NCBI GenBank assembly: GCA_031253985.1
Contig: JAIRVH010000206.1
Span: forward strand, 40,079-104,078
DNA: 64,000 bases
Origin: Sphingobacterium sp.
Lineage (GTDB): Bacteria > Bacteroidota > Bacteroidia > Sphingobacteriales > Sphingobacteriaceae
Direction: 5' to 3'
The translations under genes and the position numbers were made by a program. Below the pieces are notes generated by a model that had not been told where the DNA came from, made no database searches, and worked only from the letters and a program-made list of their open reading frames with translations. Positions 28,314-37,425 of this stretch are shown piece after piece; positions within the stretch are counted from its first letter, which is position 1; each line of letters begins with the position of its first letter.

Positions 28314-29666
28314 ATGAGATATCCCAAATCTACACTGCTGCTCTTTGTGGCACTGGCCAGCTTTATTTCTTGTCAAAAAAACGAGGTTCGAACAAATTCA
28401 GAAGAAAAGTTGGCGCTGCGGGCAGCCTCACCGGGTGTGAATGGCTATGAGGTACCATTGGGTGGCAATGCCTTTGTTACGTCTGCTCCTACCGGCGCGG
28501 TTGAAGTGATTAACAGCAATGGTCTAGCAAACTGGACCAATACCAATAGCGTCGTCAGTACCTATGCAAAAGTACCGCAAGCGGGCGCTTTACGTGTAAA
28601 AATTAGAGCTAAAGTCCTTCCTGCCGGAGATAGCAGTACGGTGAAATTAACAATCAACGGTGTAAGCAAACAAATCAAACTGAAGGGCGGAACACTACAG
28701 GATTACACTGTCGGCACCTATTCGCTAAATACCGCTGGATATATAAAGATGGATCTTCAGGGTGTATCCAAGTCAGGTGGTTACTTTGCAGATGTATCAC
28801 ACTTAATTTTAGATAGTTCAGCAACGAATGGCGCTGTCATTTACAGTGACAACAATGTAGACAATACGTATTACTGGTCCAGACGGGGTCCTTCCTGCCA
28901 TCTCAGCTATACTATTCCGACCAATCAACAAGTTTCGTACTACTATAGTGAGGTGAAAGTCCCTAGCGGTGAAGATAAAATAGGCTCTTACTTTATGGCC
29001 AATGGGTTTGGCCAAGGCTATTTTGGTATGCAGGTAAACTCGGCAACAGAGCGTCGAATACTTTTTTCGGTATGGAGTCCATACAGCACCGATAACCCAT
29101 CCCAAATACCAGCAGAAGATCGTATTACATTAAATAGAAAGGGAACAAATACCACGACGGGTGAGTTCGGTGGCGAAGGTTCTGGCGGACAAAGCTACCT
29201 TAAGTATAATTGGACTGCCGCTACTACCTATAAATTTTTGTTGAAGGGAGAACCTGACAACAATGGAAGTACTGATTTTACGGCATGGTTTAATGACCCT
29301 TCGACCAATACCTGGACGCTCATTGCGAGCTGGAAACGCCCAAAAACAAATACTTATTTAACAGGTTTCCATAGTTTCCTAGAAAATTTTAACGCCGACA
29401 ATGGTTTCCTCGGCCGCTCGGCGGAGTATAGCAATCAATGGGTTCGTACGTCAGCTGGAACCTGGCTACAGGTCGTCGAAAGCACATTCACCGTCGACGC
29501 AACCTACTCCAACAACCAACGCATAGACGCTATGGGTGGTATAACAGGCGCTAGCTTTTTCCTGAAAAACGGTGGATTTTTCAATACAGTCGTCAATCCT
29601 GGGACAAAGTTTACACGCCCTGGTAATGGTACAGCGCCATCAATTAATTTGACAACATTACCGTAA
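28314..29666 (+). CDS. secreted lipoprotein, DUF5077 + DUF3472 architecture
   Basis: 450 aa. Lipobox FISC. C-terminal block FMANGFGQGYFGMQVNSATERRILFSVWSPY...GEFGGEGSGGQSYLKYNW, as in DUF3472 (from memory). Confidence 0.6.
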   Translation: MRYPKSTLLLFVALASFISCQKNEVRTNSEEKLALRAASPGVNGYEVPLGGNAFVTSAPTGAVEVINSNGLANWTNTNSVVSTYAKVPQAGALRVKIRAKVLPAGDSSTVKLTINGVSKQIKLKGGTLQDYTVGTYSLNTAGYIKMDLQGVSKSGGYFADVSHLILDSSATNGAVIYSDNNVDNTYYWSRRGPSCHLSYTIPTNQQVSYYYSEVKVPSGEDKIGSYFMANGFGQGYFGMQVNSATERRILFSVWSPYSTDNPSQIPAEDRITLNRKGTNTTTGEFGGEGSGGQSYLKYNWTAATTYKFLLKGEPDNNGSTDFTAWFNDPSTNTWTLIASWKRPKTNTYLTGFHSFLENFNADNGFLGRSAEYSNQWVRTSAGTWLQVVESTFTVDATYSNNQRIDAMGGITGASFFLKNGGFFNTVVNPGTKFTRPGNGTAPSINLTTLP

Positions 29667-30027
29667 TTGTTTCCTTAAGGAACAATGCCACTTTTGTGAA
29701 GCCTTGTTCCTAAGAATATAAATCCAGCCATGTGAACGTGCCTTCGTGACAAAACAATAAAATCTCTTCTCAATAATTTGAAGAGCTAAATTAATTTACC
29801 ATTAAAAGAATATGTATTTATTTTTAAATCGATAAAAAATAATAGCGTATATAATGAATTATCACAAAATATTATTAATTTTCAACTACTAACCAATGTG
29901 GAAATCGGTGAATGTTTAATTTTTTAACTAAAGAAAGGAGGCAAAACAAAACAACGACGAAGAAAACGGCTTAAAAGCCAAGCACAATTAAATTATTGAT
30001 TCATTCACAAATCTTAAAAACTAAGTT

Positions 30028-31548
30028 ATGTTAAAATTAACCAGTCGCCGGAACAGACTTTATACTGTTTTGGCTGTAGTTTCCACATTTTCTATTTTTA
30101 GTTGCCAAAAAACTTCACTGACTCCTGAAGCCCCAGAGGCACTACTCAACAAAAAAGCTGCGGTATCTGCTCAGGCAGGAGCGGCAATTGCAACATTGAA
30201 TTGGGATCAAACCTATCAAAAAATTGATGGATTTGGTGCATTCGGGGGCCGGATCGTTCCATTCTTTGAATCTGCAAAAAGAGATAGTATCCTGGATTAT
30301 TTATGGGGAGGCAGTGGGCTGAAACTGAATATCCTTCGCGGCAAGGTACTTCACACCTACCCCTTTAATCAGCAGACCAAAGTGGTCACCATTAAACCGG
30401 CAGGAGTGTCAATTGATGTCGATCGAAACAGCGCAGCCTATCAGAATTTGACAGCAGACGAGAAAGAGCAACTTGGACAGGTCTGGATTATGAAGAAAGC
30501 GAAGGAACGCTACGAGGTTCCGTTCGTTATGGCAAGTACATGGACGCCCCCTTTATATATGAAAACCAATACAAGCAGTATTTCTGCAAAATGGTTTAAT
30601 GGACTTAATTTTAATACTTCTTCAACTGCTTTTGCCCGTTACTTGACTGGGTTTGTAAAATCATTTCAGAATGAAGGAATTACAATCAATGCGATCTCCC
30701 CGTCAAATGAGCCTGAAAATGTCTTTTCGGACTGGGATGCTTCTTATTGGGACTCATCTCATCTTGGGCAGTTTATTACCAACAATCTGCGTCCTGAGTT
30801 AAATAGTGCCGGTCTTCAATCCACCAAAATTGTATCTTCTGAAAACGCAGCTTGGGGAACTGCCGACAATTTCTTGTCAGGCATGGATAGAAGTAACGTA
30901 GACATCCTTGCAGGCCACGGTTACGTAGAGATCAGCGGCATCATCACAGGGCAACGTGGATTTAACCAGAGTCCTTCCATGTGGAATTTTAGTATTGGAG
31001 GTAAACCGATGTGGGTAACCGAAGCTTCCGATGATGGCGGCAACTATGACAATGGCATTGATGGCGGCCTGAAACTGGCAGTTAATATGCACAAGCTTCT
31101 TGCGGATTGCAATGCCAATGCGTATGTGTTTTGGCTGGGTATGTTGGCTTTTCAGAATAATGAAGCACTCATATGTACAAAAAGTGATGGCTCTTTGGAG
31201 TTCCCAAAAACGTATGATGTGATGGGTCATTATTCCCGATTTATTAAAGCGAATTATATGCGAATCAATGTAGCGGTTCAGAATGCAAATGGATTATTGA
31301 TTTCGGCTTATAAAGATCCGCAAACAGGTAAATTTGCACTTGTTGTAACCAACACAGGTACGGCAGCTGTTCCATTGGACATCAACCTCAGCGGTTTTGC
31401 GAGTGGGGCGTTGAACATCTATCAGACCACCGCAACAAGTTCGGGCCATTGGGGCAACGCCGGGGCTGTGAGTCCAAATAGTTCAGGCGTCTATTCCTTA
31501 ACAATACCTGCTAAAAGCATAAGCACTTTAGAAGGCAACAAACTTTAA
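30028..31548 (+). CDS. glycoside hydrolase family 30 protein, lipoprotein
   Basis: 506 aa. Lipobox IFSC, ISPSNEPEN (acid/base Glu context) and MWVTEAS (nucleophile Glu context). Confidence 0.7.
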   Translation: MLKLTSRRNRLYTVLAVVSTFSIFSCQKTSLTPEAPEALLNKKAAVSAQAGAAIATLNWDQTYQKIDGFGAFGGRIVPFFESAKRDSILDYLWGGSGLKLNILRGKVLHTYPFNQQTKVVTIKPAGVSIDVDRNSAAYQNLTADEKEQLGQVWIMKKAKERYEVPFVMASTWTPPLYMKTNTSSISAKWFNGLNFNTSSTAFARYLTGFVKSFQNEGITINAISPSNEPENVFSDWDASYWDSSHLGQFITNNLRPELNSAGLQSTKIVSSENAAWGTADNFLSGMDRSNVDILAGHGYVEISGIITGQRGFNQSPSMWNFSIGGKPMWVTEASDDGGNYDNGIDGGLKLAVNMHKLLADCNANAYVFWLGMLAFQNNEALICTKSDGSLEFPKTYDVMGHYSRFIKANYMRINVAVQNANGLLISAYKDPQTGKFALVVTNTGTAAVPLDINLSGFASGALNIYQTTATSSGHWGNAGAVSPNSSGVYSLTIPAKSISTLEGNKL

Positions 31549-31559
31549 TAAACTAAATA

Positions 31560-31586
31560 CACTGAGGGATCAACGCCCTCAGTGTA
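31560..31586 (+). terminator. hairpin after the GH30 gene
   Basis: acactgaggg-atcaacg-ccctcagtgt. No clear T-run. Confidence 0.4.
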
Positions 31587-31886
31587 TATGTTATAGTCTG
31601 GCAATCAACCTGTCCTAAAATTTCTGAACTATTTCCCCACCCATTTCTTTTATAAACATCACTTTTACCCCCTCTTAGCAACTTTGCCCATATTTAAAGG
31701 GGATACCTTTGTACGCAAAACAATGTCCAATAGCCCCTGACACAAAAATTAATAAAAATTTAAACAACAAAATTCAACTTACTGCCGTTCTGTAAAGAAT
31801 TAAAATCTAAACCATTAGGAGATATAATGCTTAAAAAACAAATTTATACCCCCAACCATGCTATGTGGATTAAAAATATATTCCAA

Positions 31887-31894
31887 TATCTTTG
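31887..31894 (+). promoter_or_regulatory. candidate -7 box for the DUF3575 gene
   Basis: TATCTTTG, 26 nt upstream of ATG 31920. It lies inside the longer track ORF, which argues for the internal start. Confidence 0.4.
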
Positions 31895-31919
31895 CTACCT
31901 GAATTTTGGAACAACTACT

Positions 31920-32639
31920 ATGAAATTGCGCTACCTTGCCGTGCTTACAGTTGGGATATGTACTATCCCTGGGCTAAACGCACAAGAAAAATCAAATCTT
32001 ATCAAACTAAATCTTTGGCCACTTGCGGTTGGGAATATTTCGCTGGAATATGAAAGGCCAATTAATGAACACTTATCAATCAATGGTACTGTAAGTTATC
32101 GTCCAGATGCTAGCCTACCATTTAAATCGCTATGGGAATCTGCTTTTGACGATGACAATAACATTTTAGGCGAAGCCAAATTCGGGGCTTTTTCCATCAC
32201 GCCAGAAATACGTTTCTACCTAGGTAACAAAAAAGCTTTAAAAGGCTTCTATATAGCGCCCTTTGTTAAATACGCTAACTATAGTGTACATACTAAAATT
32301 ACTGTCGATGAGTCTAATTATCACAGAGAGGTACCCATTTCGGGCACATTGAACGCTTTTACTGCTGGTGTAGCTGCCGGCAACCAATGGCGACTCGGTC
32401 AAAATATTTATCTCGATTGGCGTATTATTGGTCCAAATTACGGATTCAATCATGGAACATTTTCTGGGAAAACCTCACTAAATGCAGATGAACAACGCGA
32501 AGTCAAAAAACAACTGGATGAGTTCGACAGTAATATCCTGAACATCAAAAAGGAAGTAAATGCTGAAGGTGTTACCATACGCACGAGCGGACCATTTGCC
32601 GGTATCCGTACCGCATTATCAGTAGGTTACCGGTTTTGA
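31920..32639 (+). CDS. DUF3575-like outer-membrane beta-barrel protein
   Basis: The internal start gives a clean signal peptide (MKLRYLAVLTVGICTIPGLNAQE), then NLIKLNLWPLAVGNISLEYERPI...SINGTVSYRP, with a C-terminal aromatic residue (YRF). Confidence 0.65.
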   Translation: MKLRYLAVLTVGICTIPGLNAQEKSNLIKLNLWPLAVGNISLEYERPINEHLSINGTVSYRPDASLPFKSLWESAFDDDNNILGEAKFGAFSITPEIRFYLGNKKALKGFYIAPFVKYANYSVHTKITVDESNYHREVPISGTLNAFTAGVAAGNQWRLGQNIYLDWRIIGPNYGFNHGTFSGKTSLNADEQREVKKQLDEFDSNILNIKKEVNAEGVTIRTSGPFAGIRTALSVGYRF

Positions 32640-32680
32640 TTACAAAATCATACCCTAATCCGTATTATTTATTCCAACAA

Positions 32681-32710
32681 GCGCACCACATTGGTGCGCC
32701 TGTTATTTTG
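32681..32710 (+). terminator. rho-independent terminator
   Basis: gcgcacca-cat-tggtgcgc followed by ctgttatttt. Confidence 0.7.
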
Positions 32711-32789
32711 GTAGATCACTTTCGATCATTTCTTTTTATAAAATGATACTAAATTCATTTTTCATATCATTTTATAAAAATACTCTTGC

Positions 32790-32797
32790 TACCTTTG
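32790..32797 (+). promoter_or_regulatory. candidate -7 box
   Basis: TACCTTTG, 20 nt upstream of ATG 32817. Confidence 0.4.
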
Positions 32798-32816
32798 TTC
32801 TTCAAATTAAATTCAC

Positions 32817-33053
32817 ATGCCAAAAGAGACAAGAACAGGGCTTTATCAGGGAATCATCGAAAAAGATGACAACGGGAACTACTTTTGTGGCCCCTACCTA
32901 CTGGATTATCAGACCGTAGAAACTTACTATAAATTGGGCGATCGCGTTAGTATCAAAACCATTATCAAAAATACAAGCCGCAAGAGTGTGGAGGCTTATC
33001 CGCAAAAATCTGTTAAATTTTCATATGCGACGGAAGATCATGATAATGACTAG
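32817..33053 (+). CDS. hypothetical 78-aa protein
   Basis: An ORF with its own -7 box and a downstream hairpin/T-run (33081-33117). No motif recognised. Confidence 0.45.
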   Translation: MPKETRTGLYQGIIEKDDNGNYFCGPYLLDYQTVETYYKLGDRVSIKTIIKNTSRKSVEAYPQKSVKFSYATEDHDND

Positions 33054-33080
33054 AAACTGCTAAGATTTAACAATATAAAT

Positions 33081-33117
33081 AACAAGGCTAATTCTTCAGA
33101 ATTGGCCTTGTTATTTT
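33081..33117 (+). terminator. rho-independent terminator
   Basis: aacaaggctaattc-ttca-gaattggccttgtt followed by atttt. Confidence 0.65.
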
Positions 33118-33481
33118 AAGATTGCTTTTGCCATGAGGCTAAAACAAAGCCTCTAATTTTTGTTAAATCGAGAGGCTTTTGCATAATCAAATTGATCGAT
33201 TATTTTATAAATAGGTATATTTTTTTTCAGGGTAAAGAATCCACCTTGGATCACTCACTTAAACGATGCATTGAATTTTCATTTTCCATAAAATTATCCA
33301 AGATTTAAACGTTCTTCGAACTATACATCCCATCGTCGCTACTATCTATTATAGGTTTCATTGCTGATTTACTCGTCAAATATAATGACTAGTTTAATAG
33401 GGCCCGAGCGGAAATGATGGTTATGGTCCTATTTTTCGTTGAATTTGCAATTCGATTCGACGAAAATTAAGAAATCCTAAT

Positions 33482-34567
33482 CTAGTATCTCGTCTTAAGA
33501 GCAATCGGCCGCAATTCCTCATTTGGAATTTCGGGAACATATACCGTTTGCCCTCCCTTTTCATCAACTAACAGCGCCAATAGACTACTGATGTCATCGA
33601 TTGTATCCAATCCGATGTTACTGTCTACAATTTCTATATCCCGATCAGAAAGGATCTTTACAGCTTGATGGAAACTCTCTTGAACGATTAGAAGCTCCCC
33701 GCGGCCATCTTGACATGCGCGATAGATTTCTTGCAGATCAGTGATCACTAAACCTTTGCCCACAGCAGCATCCAGTTCTTTAAAATAGTCATCATTTTTA
33801 CGGACTAGCTCCTGCTTCATAAAATTCCAAGCTCTGCTCTCCAACTGATGGGTTTCTATGTTGTTGTAATCGATCGGTAAATATCCGTAATAGATGGAAG
33901 GTCTATCCGCGACCTGTAAGAGCTTACTATAATTATCTTCTGTAGAAAATACAAGTGTCACCATCTTTTTTTCGCCAATATATCGCAGAAGAGCTTTGTC
34001 CACCCTATTTAGATATTCTCTCAGAAGGTCATCAAGATGTTTGGCATCACTGGCTTTATCCGGAAATGTATTGTAGAGTTGGTTTTCTGGAATAGGAAAC
34101 TCTTCATTGCTAATATCCTCCACAATACGACCGTTCAGAGCACCGAAAAGATGAACACCACTTTGCGAAAGTAGCATCACAAGATAACTTGTCTGGCGTC
34201 CAATTTCCTTCACCAAAGGCCGTACAGCAAATGTATTGCTTATATGCACCCCTTCTTGGTTCGTCTCCCAAGAGGATTTGAAAACTTCTGTGATGGTCGC
34301 TGACACGAATATATGCAGGCTCTCAAGATTATAGTTGATATCAAGATCATGCTCTATCTTTTCCAATTTTTCGATCAGACCGCTGACATCCTTTTTCACA
34401 TGTTTATCCAGGAGCCTATCGATTGCTTCTTTCGTAAAGTTTTTAATTTTTATTCGGTCGTTCAGGTTATCGGGATGTGTACGATGGGTATTGACAGAGA
34501 TGGTAACACAGAGTTCATCCTGAACTCGAATAAGCGTTTGCAGAAGTTGATTTTCAGACATGATCAT
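33482..34567 (-). CDS. bacterial eRF1/Pelota-like protein (baeRF-type family)
   Basis: 361 aa. The N-terminal CVTISVNTHRTHPDN...IKIKNFTKEAIDRL matches the hallmark ...PTHR... opening of baeRF families, and the C-terminus ends ...ALKTRY, like the family's ...LRY tail (from memory). Confidence 0.55.
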   Translation of the reverse strand: MIMSENQLLQTLIRVQDELCVTISVNTHRTHPDNLNDRIKIKNFTKEAIDRLLDKHVKKDVSGLIEKLEKIEHDLDINYNLESLHIFVSATITEVFKSSWETNQEGVHISNTFAVRPLVKEIGRQTSYLVMLLSQSGVHLFGALNGRIVEDISNEEFPIPENQLYNTFPDKASDAKHLDDLLREYLNRVDKALLRYIGEKKMVTLVFSTEDNYSKLLQVADRPSIYYGYLPIDYNNIETHQLESRAWNFMKQELVRKNDDYFKELDAAVGKGLVITDLQEIYRACQDGRGELLIVQESFHQAVKILSDRDIEIVDSNIGLDTIDDISSLLALLVDEKGGQTVYVPEIPNEELRPIALKTRY

Positions 34568-34719
34568 GAATAAGTTAAGAATTGAATAAACTTTAATTAT
34601 AACAACAAAATAAAGAAGCTTCTTGTTTGGTTAAAAAAAAGTAATTGTGGTTTCGATTGGAAGATTATGAAAAACAAAAGGTCTTATTTACAGTTATTGA
34701 TAATTAAAAAAGCACAAAT

Positions 34720-35520
34720 ATGAAAAAGGTTTTTATCGCAGGAGCAACAGGCTGGGTAGGGAAAGAATTAAGTAAAAGTATAGTCAACGATTCAAATTAT
34801 GCGCTCGTAGGCGGGCTTTCCCGCTCACATGCGGGTGAAAATCTAGCGAAGATGCTGGCGATAAAAACATCTCCTATTCCCCTCTTTGACTCCATAGAAA
34901 ATGCAATTGAGGATATTGATTTTGATATTTTAATTGACTTTACGACGCCACTTATTGCCAGGCAAAACATCCTAAATGCGATCAATAACGGTAAGCATGT
35001 CATTGTAGGCACTTCAGGCCTTTCAAATCAGGATTATGAGAAAATTGAAGAAAGGGCAGAAAAAAAAGCTGTGTCGGTATTAGCAGCCGGTAATTTTTCG
35101 ATTACAGCAGTTTTGTTGAAGAAATTTGCGGAGACTGCGGCTAAATATATTGATCAATTTGAAATTATAGACTATGCATCCCAAAGAAAGGTAGACTCCC
35201 CCAGTGGTACAGTAGCCGAGTTGGCCTATAGTCTTTCCAAAATTAAAAAGCCGACGGTTGAAGTTCCCATCAAGGATACCATTGGCAATAAAGAGACCCG
35301 CGGCGGGGCTATCAATGGTATTCAGGTGCATGCCATAAGATTACCGGGCTATGTGCTAGGCGTTGAAACTATATTTGGTATGGAAGATGAAAAATTAATC
35401 ATCAAACATGAAGCTGGAAGTGGTGTAGCCCCCTATCTGAATGGAATTAAGATTGCCCTTGCTAAAATGGGCACCTTTAAGGGATTAAAACGTGGTTTAG
35501 ATACAATAATGGATTTATAA
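34720..35520 (+). CDS. dihydrodipicolinate-reductase-like (DapB family) protein, non-canonical active site
   Basis: 266 aa. GATGWVGKEL Rossmann motif and VDSPSGTV / HAIRLPGYVLGVETIFG blocks as in DapB, but the EAHHRHK motif reads IDYASQRK. Confidence 0.6.
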   Translation: MKKVFIAGATGWVGKELSKSIVNDSNYALVGGLSRSHAGENLAKMLAIKTSPIPLFDSIENAIEDIDFDILIDFTTPLIARQNILNAINNGKHVIVGTSGLSNQDYEKIEERAEKKAVSVLAAGNFSITAVLLKKFAETAAKYIDQFEIIDYASQRKVDSPSGTVAELAYSLSKIKKPTVEVPIKDTIGNKETRGGAINGIQVHAIRLPGYVLGVETIFGMEDEKLIIKHEAGSGVAPYLNGIKIALAKMGTFKGLKRGLDTIMDL

Positions 35521-35602
35521 CCAGGATTAGATCAGGAAGATTCATTGAAGGACAAAAAGCTAGACGATCGACGTCTAGCTTTTTTTATATCTTTTGGGAC
35601 CA

Positions 35603-36103
35603 TTAATTCAATCGATATACTTTAAGCTGTTTTTGCAGCTTTTTGCGTACCATATGAATCCTAGTCTTTATTGTGCCTTCTGGCATCTCAAAATAGGATG
35701 CGATCTCGTGGTATTTATAACCATCTAAAAACAACCGAAAGATTTCATAGTTCTCTTCCGTTAAACTACGCATGGCTTTTTCAATATCTTCGGCCACGAA
35801 CTTATTGATGCCCTTATTGAGTTCAGAGGTATTTGTGCTTTCAAGAGCGACGTAATGATCCTGGATTTCAGTAACACGTTTTGCTTTCCTATACTTATTG
35901 ATATAAGTATGTTTCATGATAACATATAACCAGCTCATTAATTTAGGATGCTGAACAAAATTGTCTATAGACTTCATTGCTCTTATCCAGGTCTCTTGGA
36001 TCAAATCTTCCTTTTCATCCGGATCAGCTGTAAATTTAGCAGCAAAATGATTAAGTAAACTTCTTTTCTCGTTAATGAGTACGTTTAAATTGTAGTTGTT
36101 CAT
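35603..36103 (-). CDS. ECF-type sigma-70 family sigma factor, paralog 1 (orphan)
   Basis: 166 aa. EDLIQETWIRAMK (region 2) and YKYHEIASYFEMPEGTIKTRIH (region 4.2). No adjacent anti-sigma. Confidence 0.8.
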   Translation of the reverse strand: MNNYNLNVLINEKRSLLNHFAAKFTADPDEKEDLIQETWIRAMKSIDNFVQHPKLMSWLYVIMKHTYINKYRKAKRVTEIQDHYVALESTNTSELNKGINKFVAEDIEKAMRSLTEENYEIFRLFLDGYKYHEIASYFEMPEGTIKTRIHMVRKKLQKQLKVYRLN

Positions 36104-36514
36104 AGCTTATCCTCTTTCTTGATTCAACTGATTGTTTAAAATGGTTTTACAGTATCAGGGTAACAAGAAAAGTGCTACTTTTAACTCCCAATTTTGCATA
36201 AAAATAAATACCATTGAGCAGGGTAAAAATACTATTTCACCTTTTTTAAAGGCTATAAAGCAAATTTTAGATGCTATTTAGCATGAAAATTAAATAGTGA
36301 ACAAAAAATAAGCAATTAATAAAAAAAGATATTACGGTATTTATTTACTGGTAAAATGTTATAAATACGTTTATCATGGATTTAATTCATTTATTTTTAG
36401 AGCGCATCAATTTTTAATCGTAGAAAAAAATGAACAGTGATTGAATTTAAAATAATTTTTCAAAACAAACCATAATCATTCGAATGCTGTTCTAATGAAA
36501 AAACAAAACAAATT

Positions 36515-36667
36515 ATGGGAAATTTATTGTATATCATTGCTGTTATTTTGGTCATTATCTGGGCCTTTAGCTTTTTTGGAGGTTATGCTACTGGAAATAT
36601 TATCCATGTGCTACTGGTTATTGCCATTATTGTCGTCTTGCTACGTGTTATTCGCGGTGCGGCTTAA
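36515..36667 (+). CDS. lmo0937-family small membrane protein (50 aa)
   Basis: MGNLLYIIAVILVIIWAFSFFGGYATGNIIHVLLVIAIIVVLLRVIRGAA. It is in a different frame from track ORF 36495-36743, and a terminator follows. Confidence 0.7.
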   Translation: MGNLLYIIAVILVIIWAFSFFGGYATGNIIHVLLVIAIIVVLLRVIRGAA

Positions 36668-36694
36668 GGTAAAGCCAAACACTAAAGATGGAAT

Positions 36695-36728
36695 AAAGCC
36701 GGACGTTTGGGATGTTCGGCTTTATTTT
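36695..36728 (+). terminator. rho-independent terminator
   Basis: aaagccgga-loop-ttcggcttt followed by atttt. Confidence 0.65.
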
Positions 36729-36903
36729 AAAAAAATTTTTTAACTCCATGTTAGGCCAATGCTTATTTATAGAGTCAATGAATATGAACGCTATGTTTTG
36801 CGGCAAACGTTTCCTTTGCCACTTGTTTTCAGAATAAAATGGATTTTATTAAGCAGTTGACCAGAATCCATCTGAGTTTCTAACATATAAACTTAAATCA
36901 ACT

Positions 36904-37377
36904 ATGACAAATAATACAGAGATTATGATCCACGCCGCCCGACTGGGCAATGTTGAAGTTCTACGTGAACTGATCCATCAGAAAGTCGATTTAAATACGC
37001 GAGATAGTAAAGGCTATACGGCCTTAATCATCGCCTGTTATAACAATAAGCTGGCCGCAGCACAACTGCTACTGGAAGCCGGTGCCGACGTAAATGCACA
37101 GGATAATGGTGGAAATACGGCGCTGATGGGTGTTGCTTTCAAAGGATATTATGATATTGCCCAATTGTTAATCAGTTATGGCGCAAACTTAAATCTGCAG
37201 CATGGAAACGGTGGTACCGCTCTTATGTTTGCTGCAATGTTTGGCAGAAATGAAATTCTTAAACTTTTACTTGACAATGGTGCAAATAGATCTATACTTG
37301 ACGTTAGAGGCTTGTCGGTGCGAGACTTGGCGGTACAACAGGGTAACGACGTTGCACTTTCGCTGTTACAGCACTAA
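36904..37377 (+). CDS. ankyrin-repeat protein
   Basis: 157 aa. Four ANK repeats (GYTALIIACYNNKLAAAQLLLEAGADVN, GNTALMGVAFKGYYDIAQLLISYGANLN, ...). No signal peptide. Confidence 0.9.
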   Translation: MTNNTEIMIHAARLGNVEVLRELIHQKVDLNTRDSKGYTALIIACYNNKLAAAQLLLEAGADVNAQDNGGNTALMGVAFKGYYDIAQLLISYGANLNLQHGNGGTALMFAAMFGRNEILKLLLDNGANRSILDVRGLSVRDLAVQQGNDVALSLLQH

Positions 37378-37389
37378 AATTTAATTCAT

Positions 37390-37421
37390 AAAATAGCCCG
37401 CTTAAGCGGGCTATTTCTTTT
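37390..37421. terminator. bidirectional terminator between the ankyrin gene and katE
   Basis: aatagcccgc-ttaa-gcgggctatt with T-runs on both strands. Confidence 0.8.
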
Positions 37422-37425
37422 CATA

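Noticed and set aside
28314-32639. Polysaccharide utilisation locus.
   Set aside because: GH30 and DUF3472-type lipoproteins are present, but there is no SusC/SusD pair and no hybrid two-component or ECF/anti-sigma regulator. I treat these as loose secreted glycan-related genes.
33142-33180. Second hairpin (aaagcctct ... agaggcttt) as a small-RNA terminator.
   Set aside because: It has a 16-nt loop, a short stem and a weak T-run, with no promoter box in a suitable position.
36104-36260. Shared gcaaaatt(t)g motif upstream of both sigma paralogs (also 52600-52620) as an autoregulatory promoter.
   Set aside because: Only about 9 nt are shared in AT-rich DNA, at different distances from the starts. 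That is too weak to call.
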